Of a stretch of 64,000 nucleotides of DNA, positions 42,080 through 51,565 are shown one piece after another (positions within the stretch are counted from its first letter, which is position 1; each line of letters opens with the position of its first letter). The position numbers and the translations under genes were made by a program. This DNA comes from Tetramitus jugosus (lineage: Eukaryota > Protista > Heterolobosea). Under the pieces are notes generated by a model. The model searched no databases and was not told where the DNA came from. It saw only the letters and a program-made list of their open reading frames with translations. The DNA lies in contig OW569347.1 in NCBI GenBank assembly GCA_937625935.1, positions 62,001 through 126,000 of the forward strand, in the 5' to 3' direction.

Positions 42080-42110
42080 CTCCTCGTATAAATAGGGCTC
42101 CTCGTATAAA
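42080..42110 (+). repeat. Subterminal 13-bp direct repeat CTCCTCGTATAAA x2 (42080-42092, 42098-42110)
   Basis: Read directly; lies 3 bp inside the left TIR and is absent from the right end. Confidence 0.8.
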
Positions 42111-42718
42111 ATGATTTTTGTTTGAGAAAAAAGAAGCAAGATGTGGGTCGATCAAAAAACATCAGAATCCATACACAAGAGTTAATCATCCACAATACTG
42201 TGAATTCTCGGTTACAAGCAACACTTTCGTGCTTTGTGATTTCTCTGCGGCGGAGGTTCGGGCTTCTTTATTTGGGCTAGTTGACAGGAACATTGAATCT
42301 CTGGAGAATACAAAAACACACTTGGATGATGAGTCATCCACACGTTGTCATTAAACAAGTTCTGAGTCAAAGATGCAATACTTGGTAGAGTTTCATATTG
42401 GAGTCTCCTCCAGTAGATGATTTCGGTTGTTGTGTGTATTGGTTCAGAGGATGGACGATGGACGTTTTCTTTCAAGACGCGAGATTGAACCACCACCCAA
42501 GAAGAAATAAAGCATTTGCCAAACGAGTAACGTCATCTTTCTGTTGTCTAAATCTCAGTTTCCTCTAAGCTGCGGAATTGGTGCAGTTGTAAAAATTTCC
42601 GTTGAGACTGTCTTTACAACGGCAACGGCCATCTTCCTCGGTTTAAAAAGCGCTGTCTTTTTCGCTGTTTGATTCAACTCACACAACAAATACACCACAC
42701 AACAAATACAAAAACATT

Positions 42719-44641
42719 ATGCCACGAGGCGTGCCTAAGGACGGCAAGAGAAAGAGAAAGAGAGAGACTGTCAAAAAGGATGAATACTCATCACATTACG
42801 TGGTCAAGGTCGGTCTGAAGTCTCTATTGTTGCATCATCCAACTCTTTTACCAATCATACAAACTCAAGCTCTGGAGATTACAAGGATAGCTCTTCGACT
42901 CACAAGATTTATAAACATATTTGTTTTGAGGCACTTGGAGAACAATTGTGATATCCCTCTCTTGAATCAAGGATTTATTCAACGAATCGGTTCAGTGTTG
43001 TTTGGACGCAAGTCGAAGACAAGAGACGATAATGTCAACCTCATCAACGGGTCTGTCAACATGGATGACGTAACAATCAAGCTAAGGAAGATTTATGAGA
43101 AGTTTTCCAAATCCATCAATTACGTTGCCAAGTCTCTCAATGTCAATATTTCTAACATGCTCAAGTTCACATTGGAACAAAGACTGAGAAAGTATTTGAG
43201 AGTGAGGATGAATCAATTGCACAATGACCAATCAATCCCAAGGTCTGAATACAGAAGAGTCATAGAATACATCATCAGAAAGTTGACATTCGCCACTCCA
43301 GTTTATGATTTTGTCAAACTGCCTCCAAAAGAGTTGATAGAGACTATTCCTGTGTTGATCCGAGAGGTTCGAACACTTGTTGGTGCTAAAACTGACGAAG
43401 TGATTGATGAATCGTTTGTGAACAACAACACCAACAACATGCTGAAGTTTTACTGGCATGCTCAACAGTTTCTGATTGGCAATGATACGAAATCATTTGC
43501 ATTGTTACCCTTGTCCCACTTCAAATGTAGATGCATGGAGATTGGTATAACGGAACTGACAGACATGCTCCAACAGAAGAAGAAACCAGGAGTACAAAAG
43601 AAGGGTAATGTACAAGTTATTGAACCCATTGAATTGAAATACAATCTCAAGTGTTTGAATATCGGAACAAAGAAGATTCAAATCGACTCTATCAGAACTG
43701 ACGGTATTCAAGCCTCAGTTGTTCTCAGACATCAACTCGTTGGCAATCACAAGAACAATAAGGCAAAGGAATCCAAGAAAGAAGCAAAGAAGAGAAAGAA
43801 AGAAACAAGTATGAACGAAGGTGCTGAATATTTGGTTGGGATTGACCCGGGTATTGTTACGTTGGTGAGTTGTGCAGATTCAGATGGCAAGAAGTGGGAG
43901 TTTTCTAACAAAACATATAGACATCTGTCCCACCATTCAAAAAACTCCAAGCGATTGTTGAAATACAAAGCAGAATGGAACGAAATGAATGAGAAGAACT
44001 TGGATGAACTCCATAACTCAATCAAACAGGCCGGTGTACCAACAAGTGGTCTGTTCCTTGAACACATCAATTCTGTAATGAAAGTCGAGGATGATTTGTT
44101 GAATTTTTATTGCACCCCAAAGGTGAAGAGACTGAATTGGGATAGCTATATAATGAGAGATAAGACGATTGCCAATGTTATGAATGACTTTCGAAAGAGA
44201 GCAAATGGAAGAACCATGTTAATTGGGATGGGCAATGCTGGTTTTGGTCATTGTTACAAAGGACATGCTCCAACACCAAAAGGAAAGCTATTGAAAAAGT
44301 TGAATGAGCACTTCAAAGTGAAAATGATCGACGAGTTCATGACAAGTCAGAAATGTCATCATTGCCATTCTCACATGAAGCCAGTCAAGCATAAGAGAAT
44401 AGACAAGAATGGAACGTTGAATGTCTCTGTCGTCCGAGGAGTTAAACAGTGTGCAACCACTAAATGTTTAGTGACTCACAACAGAGACATCAATGCGGCC
44501 AAGAACATGCTCCATCTACTGAGAACAGAAATGGATGGACAGTCACGTCCCGATGCCTTCAAGAGGAAGAAAAAGGTCGCAAAAGAATTAATCAAAATGG
44601 TGGAACACCTCCAAGGCTCACTCCATCAAGCTGCTATGTAA
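42719..44641 (+). CDS. Fanzor1-type (TnpB/Cas12-related) RNA-guided DNA endonuclease, 640 aa, intronless
   Basis: RuvC-I GIDPG (D376), RuvC-II IDEFMTSQ (E539) just before the zinc finger CHHC...CATTKC, RuvC-III NRDINAAKNM (D590). Fanzor1-type FALLP, IRTDG and G.GNA.F...KGHAPTP motifs. N-terminal NLS-like KRKRKR. Confidence 0.92.
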   Translation: MPRGVPKDGKRKRKRETVKKDEYSSHYVVKVGLKSLLLHHPTLLPIIQTQALEITRIALRLTRFINIFVLRHLENNCDIPLLNQGFIQRIGSVLFGRKSKTRDDNVNLINGSVNMDDVTIKLRKIYEKFSKSINYVAKSLNVNISNMLKFTLEQRLRKYLRVRMNQLHNDQSIPRSEYRRVIEYIIRKLTFATPVYDFVKLPPKELIETIPVLIREVRTLVGAKTDEVIDESFVNNNTNNMLKFYWHAQQFLIGNDTKSFALLPLSHFKCRCMEIGITELTDMLQQKKKPGVQKKGNVQVIEPIELKYNLKCLNIGTKKIQIDSIRTDGIQASVVLRHQLVGNHKNNKAKESKKEAKKRKKETSMNEGAEYLVGIDPGIVTLVSCADSDGKKWEFSNKTYRHLSHHSKNSKRLLKYKAEWNEMNEKNLDELHNSIKQAGVPTSGLFLEHINSVMKVEDDLLNFYCTPKVKRLNWDSYIMRDKTIANVMNDFRKRANGRTMLIGMGNAGFGHCYKGHAPTPKGKLLKKLNEHFKVKMIDEFMTSQKCHHCHSHMKPVKHKRIDKNGTLNVSVVRGVKQCATTKCLVTHNRDINAAKNMLHLLRTEMDGQSRPDAFKRKKKVAKELIKMVEHLQGSLHQAAM

Positions 44642-44642
44642 A

Positions 44643-44745
44643 TCCCGATTATGTAGGAGCGTTAAGGTGTCTTATCGGGAAACCATAATGTTTTTATTAT
44701 GGCTTGATCGACAGTAGACCGCCACCTTAAAGTTCATTGCTTAGA
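44643..44745 (+). ncRNA. Predicted Fanzor omegaRNA: scaffold 44643-44730 plus about 15 nt of flank-derived guide (AGTTCATTGCTTAGA...)
   Basis: Stem TCCCGAT/ATCGGGA (44643-49/44674-80), stem CCATAAT/ATTATGG (44683-89/44696-702), and an 8-bp pseudoknot TTAAGGTG (44662-69)/CACCTTAA (44723-30). The position between the nuclease stop and the right end is the usual TnpB/Fanzor layout. Both ends are inferred. Confidence 0.75.
44714..44726 (-). repeat. Right terminal inverted repeat
   Basis: GTAGACCGCCACC followed by TTAA. Confidence 0.92.
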
Positions 44746-46210
44746 TGAGACTGTCTAACCAGTCATCCAAGTTATCATCACTCTTTTTTGGTGTGACATT
44801 TGTTGCTGTGCTTGTTTTAGTTGGTACAGCCGATATTGTTGGTGGAGACTTGGTGGTGTTCACTTGTGCTGTTCTGGAGCCTTGATTCTGCACAGCAGCA
44901 ACAGAGGTACCTTTTGAATCTCCCAACAGATTATCAATGAAATCTAAGTCATCTTGTTCCTGTTTGTTATTATTCCTAATGTCAGATCTGTGATGTGGTG
45001 GTACAGTAGTCAAGTTTACAGATGAGTCAATCTGATTGAAAAAGTCGTCATCAGCATCATCGTTCCTATGAACGGTCACTCTGTCCTGTTGTTTTGTGAC
45101 GCCTGTCGATATTGTGTTTGGTGCTGTGGTTCTTTGTGCACTGACTGGTGTTTCTTTCTGTTGAGATTGAACGACAGTTGGTGGTTGATGAGCTTCTTTG
45201 GTCACTGTCGTCGACGTTGCTGCTTCAACTTGCTTATCATTGCTCTCATTTTCATCATCACTCTCTGCTAATTCTTCTTCTGAGATGTCGTCCAAATCGT
45301 ATTCGTCGTCATCTTCATCTTGTTCCTCTAGTTCCTGTTCCTTTTCACTCAATTGTTGCTGCTCAACTTGTTGTTGTTGATATTTACTATTGAGATCAAT
45401 GGATGAGATAGGAACAGATGCTGGCTGTTGATGCTCATTGCACAAGTGAGCCAACGATACACTACTCACAGTCACAAACCTTCCATTGTCACTCGATTGA
45501 TCATGCTTCTTCTTGTCCGTTTCTCCACCACCAACAATTGATGATGAATGTACCTTCATAATAGAACTCAACACACAATCATCTTGCTCTGCAAACAAAT
45601 TCAATCTCTGTTGAACAGGCAACAACTTTAACTCGTTTGCCAATTGATTCGTATTCAAATTAAACAAATCATCCGTATCAGCATTCACATTCGCAGCATC
45701 CGTATCCAATTCCCACTCTTTTTCCCATGGTTTCCTGTGATAGGAACTCGCACCACTCAAATCATCCAACAATACTTGCAAGTACCGTGCTCTCTCATCC
45801 TTGACACCAAATTTTGTCATGAGTAATTCATTATTTTCCTCTTCATCATTATCACTTTCATCTGCGTCCTGATAACGATATTCATTACTCTGAATCGGGC
45901 GATGACCAAATGCACTCTTCTCCACGTTATTGACATCAACAGTATCAACAGCATCAACAGCATTTGCATCACGATTCTGTTTGAGAATAAAAGATGGAGT
46001 GAAACGAAAGCCTCTGGAACCTCCACCTCCAACACCACCACCAACACCTCCACTACTGCTACTGCCACTCATAGCAAAGTGCTTATCACCAGCACCACGA
46101 TGTTTTTGATGCTTCTTGTTTTTAGTGTAGCTCTTGGGAGGTTTCGTATTCTTTTTTTTCGTTGATGATGCTGTTGCATTGGCACTACTCTTTGTCGTTG
46201 TGGAACTCAT
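44741..46210 (-). CDS. AVEN: AVEN-like protein
   Basis: RPIQSNEYRY, LANELKLLPVQQRLNL and terminal LDDWLDSLI resemble the three conserved AVEN blocks; likely ATG at 46210. Confidence 0.7.
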   Translation of the reverse strand: MSSTTTKSSANATASSTKKKNTKPPKSYTKNKKHQKHRGAGDKHFAMSGSSSSGGVGGGVGGGGSRGFRFTPSFILKQNRDANAVDAVDTVDVNNVEKSAFGHRPIQSNEYRYQDADESDNDEEENNELLMTKFGVKDERARYLQVLLDDLSGASSYHRKPWEKEWELDTDAANVNADTDDLFNLNTNQLANELKLLPVQQRLNLFAEQDDCVLSSIMKVHSSSIVGGGETDKKKHDQSSDNGRFVTVSSVSLAHLCNEHQQPASVPISSIDLNSKYQQQQVEQQQLSEKEQELEEQDEDDDEYDLDDISEEELAESDDENESNDKQVEAATSTTVTKEAHQPPTVVQSQQKETPVSAQRTTAPNTISTGVTKQQDRVTVHRNDDADDDFFNQIDSSVNLTTVPPHHRSDIRNNNKQEQDDLDFIDNLLGDSKGTSVAAVQNQGSRTAQVNTTKSPPTISAVPTKTSTATNVTPKKSDDNLDDWLDSLI

Positions 46211-46305
46211 CTCTCTCAATGTTTGTGTTCTTGTTGTTTTTTTGGTGATCGGGAGAAAAAATTTTGAGAAGTTCAAAAAGCGAAAAAAACAAAAACAACA
46301 CAAAA

Positions 46306-48057
46306 ATGATGATGTGGAATGCAAGAAAATACATCATGACAACAAGTAGTCACCAACTGTGCAACTCATTGTTGAGGAGACCACAGTTGATTCTCTTTCA
46401 TGATTCACCACTCTTGCGATCCTATGCCAAAAGAATTACTCTTCCCACAAGTGGATCAACAACTACAACTACAACCACGAGTAGTAGTAATAACAATAGC
46501 ACGCCAATGTCAACAATCATAGAAATGCCATCATTACCACATGAATTCACTACTCGAACAAAAATCAACGACAAGAAACCAAAATCAACAACCAATTCTC
46601 CTACTACGAGCAATCACAAAACAACAACGACAATTAAACCAAAAACCACCAACAACAACAACACTACCACTACCACTACCACCACCACCACCAAAAAGAA
46701 TGAAAAATCATCAACATTGCCATCACAACAACCCATACAAGTGTCTCTTGCAGAGAAAATGATTGCCAAAAGACATCGATTACACTCTTATTTCAATCAC
46801 GATGCTTCAACAATGTCATCGACTCATCATCGTGCCTCTTCTTCTGTTCCTGTTGCTCCTCCTACAGTCACCAAAATGGAAAAGAAATTATTGGACGTTG
46901 AAAAACGAAATGCTTGGAAACAACAACAGAATCAACAGCAGCAGCAGAATCAAAAAGTGGGAAACATTTCAAGTGATTTTTCATTTGTCAAATCAAGTAC
47001 TCATTGGAAACAATTGCCCATTATGCCACACATTCGCAACTATATTGAACGAATTCAAGGCGGAAAATATTATTCATCGTCGTCTCGTAATCGAGTGGAT
47101 CGACGAATGAAGAACAAGGTGTCTGCACCGAAATTCAAGAAAATTTCACTCAAGAGCAGTAGCCCTGTGAGTGATGATGCAAGTGGTGATGCAAAGTTGA
47201 ACAGTCAAAATGGTGCGACAGTCTTGTCGAAAACATCACGTGAAGTCATTGCACTGTACGATCACATTTTTGATAACAAGAAGGTCAAGTTTATGGCCAG
47301 TGCGTCCAAGCAGGAATCTATTCCTCATCCGCAGTATCTACTCACTGGAAAACCAATGACAACGACGACAACGACTTTAACTACGAATGGGAATACGAAT
47401 GTTAATGCGAATGCTGCTGCTGTTCACCATCATGCCAAGTATTTGCCTGAAGTGGCATTTGCAGGAAGATCAAACGTTGGAAAATCAAGTTTGTTAAACG
47501 CGTTGGTCAACAGTGGTGGTAAGGCACGTGTGGGAAACAAGCCCGGTCTCACACAGTCCATCAACTTTTTCAATGTCAGTGGATTCATGTGCTTCATTGA
47601 TTTGCCTGGTTATGGATTCGCGTTGGCCGAGAATGAAAAGTCAGAGTATTGGAACGAGTTTGTCAAATGGTTCCTGTACAATCGACACAATCACACCAAG
47701 ACACTCAAGAGAGTGTTCGTGTTGATTGATTCTAGGCATGGACTGAAGGCATCAGACTATGAATTCCTGCAGTTTCTCACTGTGAACAAGGTACAGAATC
47801 AAATCGTGTTCACAAAGAATGATTTGATACCGGGTGGTGAGTTGGCAAAGAAGTTGTATGCAATGGAGTTGGCCATGAAGGAAGACGAGGTCACATTTAG
47901 GTACACGATGCCTCAAATTCTTCTCGCGAGCTCAAAGAGCAACAGTGGCGTGCATGACCTTCAGAGGATATTGACATCGTTTATCGAGCCACAAAAAATT
48001 GCACAGACAAAAGCAAAATTACAATTGAAACGAGTCCAGGAACAAGTTCTCTTTTGA
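46306..48057 (+). CDS. EngB/YihA/YsxC-family GTPase (GTPBP8-like), probably mitochondrial
   Basis: PEVAFAGRSNVGKSSLLNAL, PGLTQSINFF, DLPGYGF, LIDSRHG, TKND; Arg/Ser/Leu-rich presequence-like N-terminus. Confidence 0.9.
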   Translation: MMMWNARKYIMTTSSHQLCNSLLRRPQLILFHDSPLLRSYAKRITLPTSGSTTTTTTTSSSNNNSTPMSTIIEMPSLPHEFTTRTKINDKKPKSTTNSPTTSNHKTTTTIKPKTTNNNNTTTTTTTTTTKKNEKSSTLPSQQPIQVSLAEKMIAKRHRLHSYFNHDASTMSSTHHRASSSVPVAPPTVTKMEKKLLDVEKRNAWKQQQNQQQQQNQKVGNISSDFSFVKSSTHWKQLPIMPHIRNYIERIQGGKYYSSSSRNRVDRRMKNKVSAPKFKKISLKSSSPVSDDASGDAKLNSQNGATVLSKTSREVIALYDHIFDNKKVKFMASASKQESIPHPQYLLTGKPMTTTTTTLTTNGNTNVNANAAAVHHHAKYLPEVAFAGRSNVGKSSLLNALVNSGGKARVGNKPGLTQSINFFNVSGFMCFIDLPGYGFALAENEKSEYWNEFVKWFLYNRHNHTKTLKRVFVLIDSRHGLKASDYEFLQFLTVNKVQNQIVFTKNDLIPGGELAKKLYAMELAMKEDEVTFRYTMPQILLASSKSNSGVHDLQRILTSFIEPQKIAQTKAKLQLKRVQEQVLF

Positions 48058-48069
48058 AAATCCAACAGT

Positions 48070-50244
48070 TTATTGATGTTGCATAAACAAAATATCAAAT
48101 AATTGTTCTTGTTCCATCTGTTGTTGATCTATATGTTGTTCGAGCAGCTGTTGCTGACTATTCGTCATTGTGTGCTGTTGATATGTGCTTGCGAGCAATG
48201 GCATAAGAGATGATGATGAATCAGACTCGTCCATCATTTGACTTAACCAGCTCGAACTCTGTCGAGAGTTGTGCAATTGATTCAATATGCTCGGTTTTTG
48301 GTTGACAGGAGCACTGATGGGCGCAGCAACTGATTTTACAATGTGCGATGTGCTCTCACATAATACACCAGAAGAGAGCAGAGCCACTCCATGTGCAAGC
48401 TCCAATTCTGGCTCTTCTTCCTCTTCCTCCCGCACATCATCTTGCGGTATGGTTGGTACCATTACATTGTGATTGAGATTTATAGCACATTGTGGATGCT
48501 TGGTGTTGGTGTCACCAGTCACATCAATCATGGTGGAATTAAGGTTGTAGAAACCAGAATTTAAATGTAGGACCACATTGCCACTTGGACTAGCCATTGT
48601 TGTAATCATATGAGGAGGATAACTGCCATGATTATTAACCTGATTAAACTGATAATGATGAGATGGCAATTGATCCAACACGGACATTGTCGTGTTACTC
48701 CTATTGTTATTGTTGTTGGTTTGGTCGTTCATTGACATGTAAGCAACCTTTGCAGCTTGATTTGACATCTTGCTCAATTCTTGATCAATTCTCTGCAGTG
48801 TATCCTCCATGAATGCATGACCAATCTCAATCAGAGTTCTCTCATCTTGAATGGCATTTGGTGGTGCAGTCGTATCATTCTTTGTTTCGCCACCACTGCT
48901 GCTCTGTCGAGACAATGATGACGACGATGACGATGCAATGAACGGTATCATAATGGGGCTACGATCCGACAGTACTGCACCATTCAACTCTATCCTATTG
49001 TTGATTTGATCCTGTGGATGAATAGTTAGCACAGTGTAGGATGACCAACCATTCAACTGGGAATCATCTCTGTAGTAACAATGAGTCATTTGTAAGGAAA
49101 CAGCAGAACACTGTGTTGCTGTTGTTGTCTCATCACCATTGACATTGTCATTGTTCATCACCACTTCACTGTTGGTGGTCTTGTGAGGCAGTGAGAGCAC
49201 ACAATTGAAATGACAAGAATTCACTCTTGCTTCAATCATTTTCTTCATGATAGACTTGACTCTGTTTCTGTGTCTCTCTTGAACCATGTGCCACACACTG
49301 TTGTTCCCAACAGTAACAGCACCAGTGATTTCATCATCTTCCATATTCTCTGGTGAGCCATGATTTTCACCACAGCAATCATTTTCTTCACTTTCGTGAC
49401 GTTGATGACGAATACAGTGCATCGGAGAAAATCCAGTCAACCGAGTAAATTGATGGTTGCACGAAAGAATCATGGAAGTATCTGATTGGAAGATGACCAT
49501 GGGCAGAGTGTCAGTATCGTCAGAGCTTTGATGATTGCTGTGATGAGGTCTCATGGTCACAGACAATTGGGGCATCGAAAACAATTGAGTCAATGTTTGA
49601 TTCACTTGAGAGAGGGACTTTAGTTCTTTCCGTAGCTTTTCATTCTCAGAGTGCAGTTCTGATAGAGCTATCGATGATTGATCGTTGTTGCCATAGAGTG
49701 GGGAGGGATGAGTTGAGCCTTGTTGTTGTCTTTGTGCATGTTGTATTTGTTGCTGTTGTTGTAGCTGATAGTATTGAGGGTGTTGCTGTTGTTGTTGTTG
49801 TTGTTGTTGGTAATGTTGTACAGGGTAGCACTGCTGATGATGCTGGTGCTGCTGATGGTGTTGGTGTTGGTGATGATGATGCTGGTGTAACTGTTGAAGG
49901 AGTGGAGAGGGAGAAGGAGCAAATGCAGTAGGAGAGGATGACGAAGAAGACAAAGAGGACGAAGATACATGCTGAGCACACAGTATTGGAGATTGTGGAG
50001 TCGATGTGGAGTTGCTGAACAAGTGAGCCGTAGTGGCCATCGGTGTAGAAGGAGGAGATGGGTGACGGATTGCTGCAAGGGTGACTGGCGTAGAGCCCCC
50101 GCAGGAGGTACTACTGCAACTACGTGGTGAGGCAGAGGTATTTGCGTCGATGTCACGAAGCGGTTGGTTTCCATTCTGAACCAGAGACCACGGTAGGACA
50201 TTGGCAACAACTCCTCCTTTGGACGAGGAGCCTGGAATTTCCAT
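48070..50244 (-). CDS. Gln/His/Ser-rich protein with a short coiled coil and a PAS-like segment; start uncertain
   Basis: Long ORF; LSELHSENEKLRKELKSL zipper-like segment; LPMVIFQSDTSMILSCNHQFTRLTGFS resembles the PAS N-x-x-F-x-x-x-x-G-Y/F motif. Confidence 0.6.
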   Translation of the reverse strand: MEIPGSSSKGGVVANVLPWSLVQNGNQPLRDIDANTSASPRSCSSTSCGGSTPVTLAAIRHPSPPSTPMATTAHLFSNSTSTPQSPILCAQHVSSSSLSSSSSSPTAFAPSPSPLLQQLHQHHHHQHQHHQQHQHHQQCYPVQHYQQQQQQQQQHPQYYQLQQQQQIQHAQRQQQGSTHPSPLYGNNDQSSIALSELHSENEKLRKELKSLSQVNQTLTQLFSMPQLSVTMRPHHSNHQSSDDTDTLPMVIFQSDTSMILSCNHQFTRLTGFSPMHCIRHQRHESEENDCCGENHGSPENMEDDEITGAVTVGNNSVWHMVQERHRNRVKSIMKKMIEARVNSCHFNCVLSLPHKTTNSEVVMNNDNVNGDETTTATQCSAVSLQMTHCYYRDDSQLNGWSSYTVLTIHPQDQINNRIELNGAVLSDRSPIMIPFIASSSSSSLSRQSSSGGETKNDTTAPPNAIQDERTLIEIGHAFMEDTLQRIDQELSKMSNQAAKVAYMSMNDQTNNNNNRSNTTMSVLDQLPSHHYQFNQVNNHGSYPPHMITTMASPSGNVVLHLNSGFYNLNSTMIDVTGDTNTKHPQCAINLNHNVMVPTIPQDDVREEEEEEPELELAHGVALLSSGVLCESTSHIVKSVAAPISAPVNQKPSILNQLHNSRQSSSWLSQMMDESDSSSSLMPLLASTYQQHTMTNSQQQLLEQHIDQQQMEQEQLFDILFMQHQ

Positions 50245-51565
50245 AGCGACGGATGAAGGTTTACCTCTCTTGGAAAAAGAAGCGCTCTTCGGTAGATCTA
50301 ATTTGGATGAATCAAATTCAAAACAGTCCAAATTTTTTTGGATGCAACTCGAACAGGGTCGTTGGCCGTTGCATCTCTTGTGACTCTTTCTGCAATGATG
50401 GCAGGCAACTAAAAGAAAATGTCTGTGTCAGTCAATCATGATTTTCTCACAAGTGTGTGAGCACAAGAGAGAGATACTTGTGAGGTTGGAACGAGGAGAA
50501 AATGTTCGGGCGAAGGAACGGTTGAATTCGAAAACTACTCAGCTCTCCCCCTTCAGTTTTCTTCCAATCAACAATTATGGCCAGTCTCTCACTGCCCACA
50601 CCGTTACATTACAACATGTTGCACATAGGATGAACTTATTTTATGACTTACCAATCTTTGTTAACTTGAGTGCCAATTGAGGCAAAAGTGAAGGATGAAT
50701 AGGATAGGGTGCAATTCTTGACAAATTGTTGTTGCCTTTGCTGTTGTTTGGTTTGTTGTGTGGTTGGCAGTTCATTAATGGTGTTGTTGTTGCTATCTGT
50801 CCAGGATTCTGCCTTGTTGTTGTTGTGGTTGGGATCTTCATTGTGACTACTTTGCAAAGTGGAGTGGGTTGGAGCAGAATATTCTGAAATCCTTTTTGTG
50901 TGGTTAATTTCGTTGGTGTTGTTTTGTGAATAAGGAATTCACGAAAGCAAGCGTGGTCGGGTTGATCTTCTGATTTTGGTTATACGTCAAATAGAGGGGA
51001 CCCTCGAGAAAATTTGGTGATGATTGATGATGGTGATAGCAGTGGCTGACGACTTGTTTCCTCTGTTTTCGAAAGTAAGGGGATCTGGGATAATACAGAG
51101 CTACACACTGAGTTGAACAAGCAATTGCCTTAGTTTTTGTCACTCTGAACAGAACAGCAATTTGCTCAAATCCTCAAGTCTGTGCATGCAGAAGGAACTC
51201 ACACATTATTCAATAACAATTGGAAATCGTCCGAATATTTGAGCATATGATAAGGGAGGAGAGTTGCACTCGGTTGGTTGAATTATCTTGCGACGCAGCA
51301 ATCACAAGTTATTAGCGAGTCGTCAAACGCCACCCAGCGGGAGAAACAGGGGCATCAATTTCAAGGAGAATAAAAAAATGCTCCGTTAGGCCAAGTTAAT
51401 ATAAAAATTGTTTGAAAACTTTTATTTACAATTGTACAGTGCTGTGCGTTCAATGGCGTGCTGAAATTCGGTATATCTCGGATGGAGAAAATTGGTTCGT
51501 TCCTTTGTCTCTTCTTCACTCTAATCAAATTCGATCTTTCCTTTCGCGATCTCTTCCGTGAAAAC

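Larger units (their letters stand above)
42064..44726 (+). mobile_element. Complete 2663-bp non-autonomous TIR DNA transposon carrying a Fanzor gene, flanked by TTAA direct repeats (42060-42063, 44727-44730)
   Basis: Perfect 13-bp inverted repeats GGTGGCGGTCTAC (42064-42076) and GTAGACCGCCACC (44714-44726). Removing the element leaves a host-sized spacer of about 100 bp between AVEN-like and TTC1. No transposase ORF seen. Confidence 0.9.

Noticed and set aside
42212-42496. 94-aa - strand ORF inside the element as a transposase
   Set aside because: Non-ATG start, too short, and no DDE, HUH or recombinase motifs.
42719-44641. Bacterial IS200/IS605 or IS607 TnpB (contamination) or Fanzor2
   Set aside because: The 640-aa length, Fanzor1-type motifs, NLS-like tracts, TIRs with TTAA, absence of a TnpA or serine recombinase, and seamless eukaryotic flanks all favour an endogenous Fanzor1.
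50380-51560. 1.2-kb gap between genes with several short ORFs
   Set aside because: No recognisable protein motif, terminal repeats or RNA gene; most simply promoter and UTR sequence.
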